The position numbers and the translations under genes were made by a program. Source: Mustelus asterias (Eukaryota). From it: a DNA stretch of 64,000 nt. The notes below the pieces were generated by a model, which did not search any database, had not been told where the DNA came from, and worked only from the letters and a program-made list of their open reading frames with translations. Positions 49,945-61,210 of this stretch are shown in pieces (within the stretch, counting starts at the first letter, position 1; every line of letters starts with the position of its first letter). The stretch is from the NCBI RefSeq assembly GCF_964213995.1, contig NC_135805.1, positions 57,536,001 to 57,600,000 on the forward strand, read 5' to 3'.

Positions 49945-50625
49945 AAAAAACAAAGAAAACTACAGTGCAGGAACAGGCCCTCCAGCCCTCCAAGCCAATA
50001 CTGATCTTGATGCCCTAACTAAACTAAAAAAAACTTCTGCCTTTACCCGGTCCGTATCCCTCTATTCCCTCCCATCCAGATAAGAACAAAGAACAAAGAA
50101 AGTTACAGCACAGGAACAGGCCCTTTGGCTCTCCAAGCCTGCACCGGCCATGCTGCCTGATTGAACTAAAACCCCCTACCCTTCTGGGGACCATATCCCT
50201 CCATTCCCATCCTATTCATATATTTGTCAAGATGCCCCTTAAAAATCACAACCGTCTCTGCATCTACTACCTCCCCTGGCAGCATGTTCCAGGCACCCAC
50301 CACTCTGTGAAAAACTCCCCCCCGCACATCTCCCTTAAACTTTCCCTCTCTCACCTTGAACCTGTGCTGCCTTGTAATTGACACCTCCACCCTCAGTAAA
50401 AGCCTCTCACTATCCACCCTGTCTATGCCTCTCATAATTTTGTAGACTTCTATCAGGTCTCCCCTCAGCCTTCATCTTTTCAGTGGAAACAATCCTAGTT
50501 TATTCAACTTCTCATAGCCAACGGCCTTGAGACCAGGCAATATCCTGGTGAACCTTGTTTGCACTCTCTCCAAGGCTTCCATGTCCTTCTGGTAGTGTGG
50601 CGATCAGAACTGCACACAATACTGG
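49945..50625 (-). mobile_element. Two tandem CR1 3' ends
   Basis: MRGIDRVDSERL..HRFKVRE..VVGAWNMLPGEVV; two aacaaagaa tails. Confidence 0.85.
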
Positions 50626-51224
50626 GCGATGGGTGAACAGGGCCTAGTGTGAGTTGTTTATGGAAGCAGAAATTTGGATGTCATAGTGTTTTACAGCACA
50701 GAAAGAGGCCCTTTGGCCCAGCGTGTCTGCATCATCCATCAAGTACCTATCCATTCTAATCCCATTTTCCAGCACTTTGTCCGTAGCCTTGTTAGAAATG
50801 TTTTGGAATAGTCTAGTCTCGAGGTAAGACAGGCATCAATGAGTGTTTCAACAGCAGCCGAGCTGAGGTGGGATGAAGTCGATAGATGCAGGGGTTCATT
50901 ATTCTGATGTCTCAGAAAGTTAAGGTCATCTTCCCTGAGGAAGGCGAGACAACCACTTCATTCTTGCCAATGGTTGCTCAGGTTTTGGAAAATACAAGCA
51001 TTTGGGGGGGTGGAGGAGGGAAATATTCATTTGTGTAGCACCACTTCGAGTCTTAATGAGGAACACTCATGGTCCTGTATACTCCTGAGAAATTGATGCA
51101 AATCTGAGTAGACCACTCGAAGTTCCATGAATAAATTTCTCCCCCATGGACCTTAATCTATCATTGGCCATAGAAAGTTGTGACAATGTTGATAATCTAA
51201 GGACTTTAATCCTAAATTGATATG

Positions 51225-52090
51225 TCAGCCTTGGCTGAGTGCTAGCACTATTGCTTTTGAGTCCAAAGGTCATGCGTTCAGGCCTCACGTCCGAGCTTGT
51301 GCACACTTAGGAGCTGCCTTACATTGGAGGTGCTGCCTTTTGGATGGATAATGAATATAACTGATAGCATGGCAGAGGAGGTTTACAAGAATGTTGCCAG
51401 GGCCAGAAAAGTGTAGCTATGAGGAGAGATTGGAGAGGTTTGGGTTATTTTCCTTGGAGCAAAGAAGGCTGAGAGGATGACTTGATTGAGGTGTACAAGG
51501 TTATGAGAGGAAGAGATAGAGTGGACAGGATAAATATATTTCTCTTGGCGGAGAATTCTAGAAGCAGGGGAGATAGAATCAAGATAAATGGCAGAAGGTG
51601 TAGAGGGGATATGAGGAAGAACTTTTTTATGCAAAGGGTGGTGGGTGTCTGGAATTTGCTGCCCGAGATGGTGGTGGAGGCAGAGACCCTAAACTCTTTT
51701 TAAAAAGTACCTGGATCTGCACCTTAAGTGCTGTAAGGGCTTTGGTCTGGGCGCAGGAAGGTGGGATTAAAAAGGGCACCTGGGTGTCCTCCGGCTGGCA
51801 TGGACAAATGGGCCGAATGACCTCCTTCTGTGCTGTAACTTTTCTATGGTTCTATAGCACTTTTCAAATAAGGGTAGGAATGTTTTCCGTGGTGTCCTAA
51901 ACAACATTTATCCCTCAACCAACACCATTAAAAATCTTTAACTGATATTTATCTAGCTGATCTTTGTGGGATCTTGCTGTGTAAAAATCGGCTGACACAT
52001 TACACAGGTTCCAAGTGATTACAATTGATTATGAACTGTTTCAGGCTCTCCTCAGACCATGAAAGATGCTATAAGAATGTAAATTCTCTC
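51225..52090 (+). mobile_element. Deu-domain (SacSINE1-like) SINE interrupted by CR1
   Basis: Head tcagccttggctgagtgctagcact; Deu-like ggtgtcctaaacaacatttatccctcaaccaacacc..tgtgggatcttgctgtg. Confidence 0.65.
51355..51856 (+). mobile_element. CR1 3' fragment
   Basis: IEVYKVMRGRDRVD..NFFMQRVVGVWNLLP; tail ttctatggttctat. Confidence 0.88.
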
Positions 52091-54693
52091 TAATCTCATT
52101 AGTTTATAATGATCTCCGGCATTGAATTTTTAACATAACTGAACTATTTTAACTTCTAGAACTGATTTTGTCAATTAACCCAACATACTAATTATTTTCA
52201 ACGCCAATATTGATTAGCTGCTATCAATGATTTTAAGGTTAGTAAGTATTTGCATGTTTATGATTTTATTGTCAGCTTTCTTCTTTCAAAATTGGCAAGA
52301 AAGGATAATTGATTCAACTCAGTAGCTTGTGTCAATGTTGATGGGAGGTTGGTTCGTGTAAATGCTTGTATAATGCAAACTGGTTGACGCAAGGCTGAGC
52401 CAAATTTAGGCATCATTACCCTCTGGGCATAGAGTGGGTGGCAAAGCCCAGGCGGTTCCTTGACAAAGGAGTGGGAGGGCAGTGCCTGCTATACGTTCGT
52501 GCTGAAACTCTGCCTGCCTTTTCAACCCTTGCTGCAGGAGCACACCTAACCTTTCTGCCAGCATCCTCATTTCACTGATTCATCTGAAAGTGACAGCAGA
52601 ACACTGGTCCACCTCCTCTTCTTCTTTCAAGTCAACTGAACACATGGATATTCCCAAAGGGAATGCTACAGTGCCGGCGTGGAACCTGTAAGGATTTGTA
52701 GAATTGGAAGTCGAACAAGTAGAAGATGCACATTGCAAAGGCAGAAAACGTCTTCCAAAAAATTAAAAATGCAAACTATTTAAAACAAAACATAAGGGTT
52801 TGCAACCTTTACCCACTTGGTGCCTTGAAGATGTTTCCTTTGTCATTGTGCCTTAGCAGCAGGAGGTGCCTATTTATACTGATCTCCTTTACAACCGACA
52901 GCAACGACAGCATGCCTTCATTTGAATTTTAACGCCGGCAAGTGGACAGTTGCTTTCTTGATCCGATGTCACATCCAGTGGAAAATTGCTCAACTTGCAG
53001 GAATGGGCAACAGCCCAACAGAACAATTCCCTGATTCTAATTTCTGGCCCGGCTTGACCTTGTAATTAGAATGGAAAATCTGAGAATTTGGTGCAGTAAT
53101 AATACTGCAATCTTTGAAGGGTTAATGCAAATGTACTTAATGGCATCTGGACATGCTCGGTAATAGATATTTGCAGTAAATTACATATCGCCACTTACTT
53201 AAGATTTTTAATTAAAATGTCAGTTGAATAGGTGAAGAACTAATGTATTCAAGGAGCAATATACACAAGATAGAGCAACTAAGATTTTTTACTGTAACAT
53301 TGACTTTTCCTTTCATGTGACATTGACTTAGTCACAGTGTTTGGATCTCTGTTACTTCCTGTCACATGTTCTCATAAACAGAGTTCAATGATGACTAAAA
53401 TAATAAATCATATAACATAGTGAGAGTACTAACAAATTTAGGCCCTGGGTGGCCAACAACAGACTGAAACTGAATATCTTAGACTGAATATCCAGTTAGT
53501 GGTATACAGATTGTTTATGGCACATTTATCTACCCACAATGGAAGTGCACATCAAAAGGTAACATTTATGTGGATAATGTATGCCACTTCGTTGAATTAC
53601 AGACAAGTGAACCCAATCAAAGGAGCTGACAAGACATCAGGAACCGCAAAGGTAAAGATAGAGCAAGTTCTGTCCATCACGTGAACCTTTAAGATTTGAT
53701 TACCGCTTCATATTTAACTGACTGATTCGGTTATTGTGTGTTATAAGTAAATGGCACTGTATTTTCTTACCAATTTTTCCTCTTACTTTTACAGCACTGA
53801 CTTCTTATTGCCATTTGAAGTGGCTGCCTGTTGTTGGACTTGGAGGTTTATAGGTTGTGTGACGTCGGTTCTGATAGAACATTCTTCTTTGTAAGGCTGG
53901 CTTGAAGGAATATGAGCTGCAGCATTTCCAGGCTTCTATCCTCATGAGAATTAGAAGAAAATTTACTACCTTGTATATAAAGCCCAGAAATTACTGTTGG
54001 CAATATTAGCAGATGGTGCTTAACACATTTATATGATAGTCCTTTGTCTGCAACTGTAGTGGAGGTGTTAACCCATTTAAAACAAAAAGATTAGCACCTA
54101 CATTATAACAGTGGACAGCGGAATGTAATTATGAATGTGTTCATTGACTAAAATTGCCAACGTTACTTTCTAGGCTATTCTTAAAAAAATAGCATAGTGT
54201 GCATGTCAAGACCAAGCTATTCTGCTTTTGAAATCCCAGTATATCATTAGCAGGGCACGAGTTCCACTTGGCCCAATGGCCCATTCTTGACCCTAGCTGA
54301 TCTTCTGGGACCGGCGTTGTTTAAATAATACCAGCAGGTTCCTGGTGAGATTCTGCCTTCGTTAGGGAGCCCACCTCAGGGAAAGGAAGTAAATCTCTAG
54401 AGCAGGCCTTTAGAGCCTTCTGCAATGCATTGGAACAGCTTACTTTCAGAACAGCTGAAAATTAATGTAAATTATTTTAGTTGATTGTTTCAGGGGAGCT
54501 GAATTGGTCAGCGTGCAATTGATCCAACTTCTTCTGGGCCCTTATGCTCTGTGCACACAACAACGCTAACACCAGGAATTAAACAAGTAATTCTAGGATC
54601 CAGGGTTTTATGTCAAATTTGCATTATTTGCACATCTTTTTGAATATGCCTGTCTATATTAGATTCAGAACATCTCCAGCAGAAAAGCCTGCT

Positions 54694-54881
54694 CCAAAGA
54701 TGTGCGGGTTAGGTTGATTGGCCATGCTAAAATTGCCCCTTAGTGTCCTGAGATGCGTAGGTTAGAGGGATTAGCGGGTAAATATGTAGGGATATCGGGG
54801 TAGGGCATGGGTGGGATTGTGGTCGGTGCAGGCTCGATGGGCCAAATGGCCTCTTTCTGTAGGGTTTCTATGATTCTATGA
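54694..54881 (+). mobile_element. 5'-truncated HE1 SINE
   Basis: tccaaagatgtgcgggttagg..gtttctatgattctatga. Confidence 0.85.
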
Positions 54882-55009
54882 AACATCAATTGTGGTGGTC
54901 ACATTACTCGAGGTGTTGATAATTCGAAAATATTGGACAGGATTAAATCCAACAATGATTCTTACATTAAAACAATATCAGTTTTTTTTCAAAGAGGACT
55001 TGTGACTTA

Positions 55010-55811
55010 GGGGTGATCTTATCGGCTTGTCCCGCCAGTTGATGGGGAGAGTGAGAGGTGAAAGATTGGGTTGCACCCAGTTTCTTGCCTCTCACGATCT
55101 TACCAGGCCCAGATTTCCAGCAAAATCAGCCTCATGCCCTCCCCGGCACTGTTCACCAGACACCCTGGCATCGCCAGCCTGGCACTGCTCACTGGGCACT
55201 GGGCAGTACCAAGGGGCTGAGGCCTGGGGGGGGGGCCTAAGTGAAGGGGGTGGGGAGAGCTGTGCACTCTGCAACCAGGGATCGTCTGGGGATTGGGGGA
55301 GTGCGGAGCTGCACATTTGCAACTGAAGATCGGCTGGTGGGGGGGAAGCTGCGCACTCTGCAACTGGCAATCGATCGGGGCGATGATTGACCGGACCAGG
55401 CCAGGAGTTGGGGGGGGTGCAATCAACTGGTTCAGGGGAGGGGTGTGCGATCGGCTGGAGGTGGATGGAGGAGCGATATCCAGGGTGGCAGTGGGCTGAA
55501 TGGCCGGGGAGGCCAGCAATTGCGGGGTGTGAGGCAGATGATATCCGGGTTGGAGTTGGGGGCTGGGGGGGAGAAGGTGAGAGAACAGAGAGATCTGCAC
55601 ATGCGCAATTGCTCCCTCTACCATGAGCAGCCGGCTTTCTAATGAGCTTAGGCTCTGCCTTCTCTTCCTACTGGCGGGAAACCGATTGTGCATCATTTTT
55701 TGAACTGCATGGCATAAGATTTCGCTTCTGGCCTCGCGAAAAAAACAGACCTGAAACTCTCCCATTTTCACACTCATTCGGCAGTTAGGATTTTTTGGTA
55801 AGATTGACTCC
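55010..55811. mobile_element. Non-autonomous PIF/Harbinger-like element
   Basis: Imperfect TIRs GGGGTGATCTTATC / GGTAAGATTGACTCC flanked by TTA TSD (55007-55009 and 55812-55814). Confidence 0.75.
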
Positions 55812-56816
55812 TTAATATTTCACATTTTTTTGAACCTCACTCCACAACAAAGTATTACCTTTCCATTACCAAATATTGCATATTGCAATTTAGTAAGTAC
55901 GAATAAGAAGTAATTTTGTATGGTACAACTGTTGATATGGGGGGCTTGACCTCTGAGGAACATGGGTTAGAATCAAGCTATTACATTGTAGGGTTCCATG
56001 TGAAAGGGTAGGATTTGATCAAATTAACCTTAAATCTTATTTATTGTGGACAAAAAATAATCTAAAATGCCTAATATTGTATGACAAGACTGTGAATATT
56101 CCCATGCTTTAAGGAAATAATTTGTACACATATAGCACTCCATAAATCCTCAGTGTCCTTAAATCAGGTTTCCAACCCTACTACAGTTTTGAAGTAGCTC
56201 TTATCAAAGTCACAAGTAACATCCACTATGACTGTGACAAAGGTAAACTTTCCCTTCGCATCCGTCTCGACCTGTTACAGGCTTTCTCACAGTTGATCAT
56301 ATTATCCTCCTCCAACGCCACTTCATTGTCATCCAGCTGGTTGAGCGCCCTCTCACCTGGTTCTATTCTTATCTAACATAATCATAGAATCCCTACAGTG
56401 CAGAAGGAGGCCATTCGGCCCATCGAGTCTGCACCGACCACAATCCCCCCCAGGCTCTACTCCTGCACTCTCTATCTAATCATATCAAGAGAATCACTTG
56501 CAATGGCTTCTGTTCCTGCTCCTGCACGGTTACCTTTCATATCTCCTGAGGATCGATCCACAGCCCCCTCCTATTTCCAATGTACATGCTGCTCCTTGGT
56601 GATATTATCTGAAGGCGCAGCATTGGTTTTCACATGCACATTGACAACACCCAGCTCTACCTCATCACCATCTCTCCTGACTCCTAATTCGATATCTCTG
56701 TCCCTTAGCTACCGAATGCACCTCTCTTCCTGGCAACAATCTGAGATTAAGTCTTCTTTGCAACCTTGGTGTCCCATTTGACCCCAAGATGAGCTACTGA
56801 TCATCATAAAGACAAT

Positions 56817-57722
56817 GGGTGAAATCGTGAGCACGCATTCGCTATCTGTGAGTATGGCGACCGGAGCTCAAGATCCAGAATTTGTAATTCTCACCGGCTA
56901 TAATGCGACTTCAGCTCTTTCCCATCCCTCACTGTGATGTCATTAGGTTCACTTCATAGTAGATGTGAACCTGCTTTGCATGCATTAGCATGCGTTTCCA
57001 TTCTATTAACCCGCATCCCCATCAGGTATTGACATTGCGCCAATGTGACGTCACGTTGACATGGTTTACAACAGGTTCACACAAATGTAAGCCTCTCATG
57101 GGGGTCTCCCCAAGGATGCAAAGGTAAGTATAATCCCTGGGGGAGAGGAACATGGTCAGGCAGTGCCCTGGCAATGTCCTTTGGCACAGGTTGGCACTGC
57201 CACATTGGCACCATGCCAAGCTGTGCCAAGGGGCATGCCCCAGTGGTAGCCTCATGGGGAGGGGGGAGTTAATGCTGCTGTGCTTGTGGGCTAGGAGTAG
57301 CCCAACGAGGAGGGAATGCTGGATGTTGGCGATCACGGGGTGGGGGGGGGGGGCGGGTGGGGGGGGAATGCCGGCTCCAACTGGGGGGTAGGATGAAGGG
57401 CCGATGATCACTGGGGCAGGGAGAGAGAAGCATCCGATGATCTCGGGGGATGGGGGAGTCGGAGTGAAAGCTCACTCCGATCAGAGATATGGAGGGAAGC
57501 CCCTGAGGCATCAGTGGTGAAGTGGGGGGGGAAGTTTATTGGAGTTTTGATCGGGGCGCTGAGCAGCTGGATTTTACCAGTGTGCTTAAACCCCGCCACC
57601 TCTATGGTGGCGTGAATCACGCCCCCTTGATTTTTTTTGGCAGAGTCAGGTGGAATCTGGAGAGAAACGTGCCAGTTTCTCGCCAGAAACAACACTTGGC
57701 CATTTTTGGTAAGATTTCACCA
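56817..57722. mobile_element. Non-autonomous PIF/Harbinger-like element
   Basis: Termini gggtgaaatc / ggtaagatttcacc; GC-rich interior like 55010-55811. Confidence 0.6.
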
Positions 57723-58054
57723 AACTCTCTCCACCTGCCTCACACTACCTGACTTCACTCTGGTCTTAGCTCATCTGCTGCTGAAAGCCTTATTCATGCC
57801 TTTATTGGAGTTGATTATCCCAATGCCATCCTGGCTGGTTTCCCACAATCTATCTTCCCACGTCATCCAAAACACTGATGCCCAGCTTCTTAACTTACAC
57901 CAAGTCACCTGCAACAGATGAGATGTAACCCAAGGATACTGAGGGAAATAAAGGTAGAAATTGTGGAGGCACAGCCTGTAATCTTCCAGTCCTCCTTAGA
58001 CACAGGGATGGTGACTTAAGAATTGCAAATGCGCACCTTTATTCAAGGAAGTGT

Positions 58055-58201
58055 TGATGTGGAGATGCTGGCATTGGACTGGGGTGGGCACATAAGAAGT
58101 CTCACAACACCAGATTAAAGTTCAACAGGTTTATTTGGTATCACGAGCTTTTAGAGCACTGTGGAAGCTTCTGATTCCAAATAAACCTGTTGGACTTTAA
58201 C
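58055..58201. mobile_element. Penelope-like family B short fold-back insertion
   Basis: 11-bp TSD CAAGGAAGTGT at 58044-58054 and 58202-58212. Confidence 0.8.
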
Positions 58202-58416
58202 CAAGGAAGTGTGTAAGGATAAACGCAGTAACTACAGGTCAGTTAGTTTAACTTCGGTGGTGGGAAAGTTTTTAGGAATGATAATTCAAGGCCTAATTAA
58301 CAGTCACTTGGAGAAATGTAAAGAAAGCTAGCACAAATTCGATAAGATCAAATTATAGATTAACTTTCTTGAGTTTTTTTTGATGCAGTAACAGAGAGGG
58401 TTGATAAGGGTTATTT

Positions 58417-58695
58417 TAAAGTTTATTTATTAGTGTCACAAGTAGGTTTACATGAACATTGCAATGAAGTTACTGTGGAAATCCCCTAGTCACCACACTC
58501 TGGCACATGTTCGGGTACACTGAGGGAGAATTTAGCATGGCCAATGCACCTAACCAGTACATCTTTCGGACTGCGGGAGGAAATTGGAGCACCCACGCAG
58601 ACATAAGGAGAACGTGCAAACTCCACACAGTGACCCAAGGCCAGAATTAAACCCAGGTCCCTGGTGCTGTGATGCAGCAGTGTGAACCACCGTGC
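58417..58695 (-). mobile_element. V-SINE variant with alternative tail
   Basis: Reverse complement of 46431-46745. Confidence 0.8.
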
Positions 58696-59266
58696 ATTGG
58701 TTATGTGGTTGAAGGGGTGCACATAGACTTCCCAAAGATGTTCGCTAAAGTGACACTTAACAGGCATGTTGGTGAAGTTAGAACCAAAGGAATGCAAAGG
58801 ACAATGTAAGCAGGGATACGAAAATGGCTGAGTGACAGGAAACAGAGAGTATCACAGAATTGTTAGGAGCAATAATCAGTGGTAAATGGTTGTTTTTTCA
58901 AACTGGAGGAAGGTAAACTGTGGGAATCCTGGCTTTTCCTCATATATGTTAACAACATAATGTTGGGTGTACAGGGCACAATTTCAAAATCTGCAAATGA
59001 TGCAAAACTTGGAAGTATTCTGAACTTCGAGGAAGATGGTCATTGACTTCAAAGGGACATAAACAGGCTGTTGGAATGGTCAGGCAAATGGCCGACGAAA
59101 TTTAATGCAGAGAAATCAGAAGTGAATGAGAGAGGCTATCTAAAATAAAGGGTCCAATTCCAAATCTGCAGGAGCAGATGGATCTGAGGATATCTGTGCA
59201 CAAATCATTGATGGTAGCAGGACATGTTGAGAAAACAGTAACTAAAGCCTGGGCTTTATAAATAGG

Positions 59267-59418
59267 GTAAGGAGTCTAACAACACCAGGTTAAAGTCCAA
59301 CAAGTTTATTTGGTAGCAAACGCCTGTGGCGTTTGCTAACAAATAAACCTGTTGGACTTTAACCTGGTGTTGTTAGACTCCTTACTGTGTTTACCCCAGT
59401 CCAACGCCGGCATCTCCA
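59267..59418. mobile_element. Penelope-like family B fold-back insertion
   Basis: 58-bp inverted arms with a 3-nt loop plus a 33-nt tail; TSD CTTTATAAAWAGGG (one mismatch). Confidence 0.85.
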
Positions 59419-60249
59419 CTTTATAAAAAGGGGCATAGAGCTTAAAAGCAAGGAGGTCATGGTAAGCCTTTATAAAAACTAGTTTAGCCTGAACTGTACT
59501 ATTGATTCCAGTTCTAGGCATGATCGTTTAGGGAGGATGAGAAGGCATTAGAGAGAGTGCAGAAAAATATACATGAGAATGATTCCAGGGATGAGGAATT
59601 TCAGTTACTTGGATAAATTGGAGAAAATGGGGTTGTTCTTCTTGGAGGAAATTTGAAAGAAGTGTCCAAAATCATGAGATGTCTGGACAGAGTAGTTAGA
59701 GGGAAACTGTTCCCATTGGAGGGGTTAAGGTGATTCACAACAGAAGCAATGATGACATGAGGAAAATCTTTATGTAGCAAGTGTTAGGACTTGGAACACA
59801 GTGCATGATAAATGCACAATTATCTGAAGAGAACACATTTGCAGGGCTACAGAAAAAAGGCAGCAGAGTGAGACTAGGTGAGTTGCTCTTGCAGAGGTGA
59901 CTGGCTGAATTGACTCTATGATTCTTTGATTCTAACTCTCATTCCTCCATCATTCCTGTGCATGCTAACTTGAATCAGTTCCTGCTCAGATAATGTCTTG
60001 TTTTAAAATTCTCATCCTTATTTTCAAATCCCTCCTGGCCTCACTATCTCTGTAATCTCCTCTAGCCCCTCAACCCTTATGTTCTTCTAATTCTAGCCTC
60101 TTCTGCATCACCAATTTTAGTGCAATTTTGACATCAAGGTATTAAATGCACAGCAGACTGGATACGTTGACAACTGTGACTTTTAGTTGCCTAGGTCGAG
60201 TACTCTGGAATACCCTCCTAGCCTCTTTGCCTCACGTTCCTTCATGTTG

Positions 60250-60726
60250 GATGTTGGATGTTGCCTGGTCTCGATGGTGTTGACTATGAGGAGAGATTGA
60301 ACAGATGAGGATTGTTTTCACTGAAAAGAGCTGTGGAGGCTGAAGGGAGGCCGGATAGAGGTCTGCAAAATTATGAGAGGCATAGACAGGGTGGATAGTC
60401 AGAGGCTTTTTCCCAGGGTGGAAGTGTCAATTACAAGGGGGCCGCAGGTTCAAGGTGAGAGGGGGAACATTTAAGGAAGATGTGCAGGGGAAGTTTTTCA
60501 TGCAGAGAATGGTGGGTGACTGGAACGCACTGCCAGAGGAGGTGGTGGAAGAGGCACATTAACTTAAGAGGCACCTGGATGAGTACATGAATAGGAAGGG
60601 AATAGAGGGATACGGACCAAGTAAGGACAGAAGGTTTTTTTTAAATTTAGTAAGGCATCATTATAGGCACAGGCCTAAAGGGCTGAAGGGCCTGTTCCTG
60701 TGCTGCACTTTTCTTTGTTCTTTGTT
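60250..60726 (+). mobile_element. CR1 3' fragment
   Basis: gactatgaggagagattgaacag..atgagaggcatagacagggtggatag..ttctttgttctttgt. Confidence 0.85.
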
Positions 60727-60854
60727 ATTACCTCTTTGACCAAGCTTTTGCTCATCCGACCTAATATCTTCTTATGTGGCTTGATGTCACACTGCGCTTG
60801 TGAAATGCCTTGGGATGTTCCATTACATTAAAGACACTAAAGTTGTTGCTGTTG

Positions 60855-61210
60855 TTGCAGCATGTTCAAAATAGCTTTGCAGCAAATGAATTAACTTTAA
60901 AGCACAGTCACTATTATTATGTGGCAAACTCAGCATATAATTTACATTCCACATTGCACAGAATAGATAATTTAATGGTGTTGGTGCAGGGAGTAATGTT
61001 GATGAGATCTCTTTGCTCTTGGTTAGAGAGTGCCGGGGGATTTTTTTTTTACGGTCACCTGAGCAGGCAGACAGGACCGATGTTTAATATCTAATATCTC
61101 TGACAACACGGCACTCCCTCATTGTCAGGTTAAATTATGTGTTCAATTCCACAGCAAGATTTGAATTTATGAAGCTCTAACTCAGAAGGCAGAGTGCTGT
61201 CAATTGAACC
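60855..61210 (-). mobile_element. Deu-domain (SacSINE1-like) SINE
   Basis: gggatttttttttacggtcacctgagcaggcagac..ctctgacaacacggcactccctca..ctcagaaggcagagtgct. Confidence 0.6.

Larger units (their letters stand above)
57918..59935 (+). mobile_element. Degraded CR1 ORF2 and 3'UTR
   Basis: aactacaggtcagttagtttaacttcggtggtgggaaag (NYR.VSLTSVVGK); atttcaaaatctgcaaatgatgcaaaactt (decayed ISKFADDTKL). Confidence 0.8.
56160..60850 (+). mobile_element. L2 LINE remnant fragmented by multiple nested insertions
   Basis: L2 ORF2 pieces at 56160-56815 (gctcttatcaaagtcaca = ALIKVT), 57723-57915, 59935-60250, 60727-60850. Confidence 0.65.

Noticed and set aside
55100-55777. 225-aa proline-rich ORF
   Set aside because: Arises from the GC-rich, stop-poor interior of a MITE.
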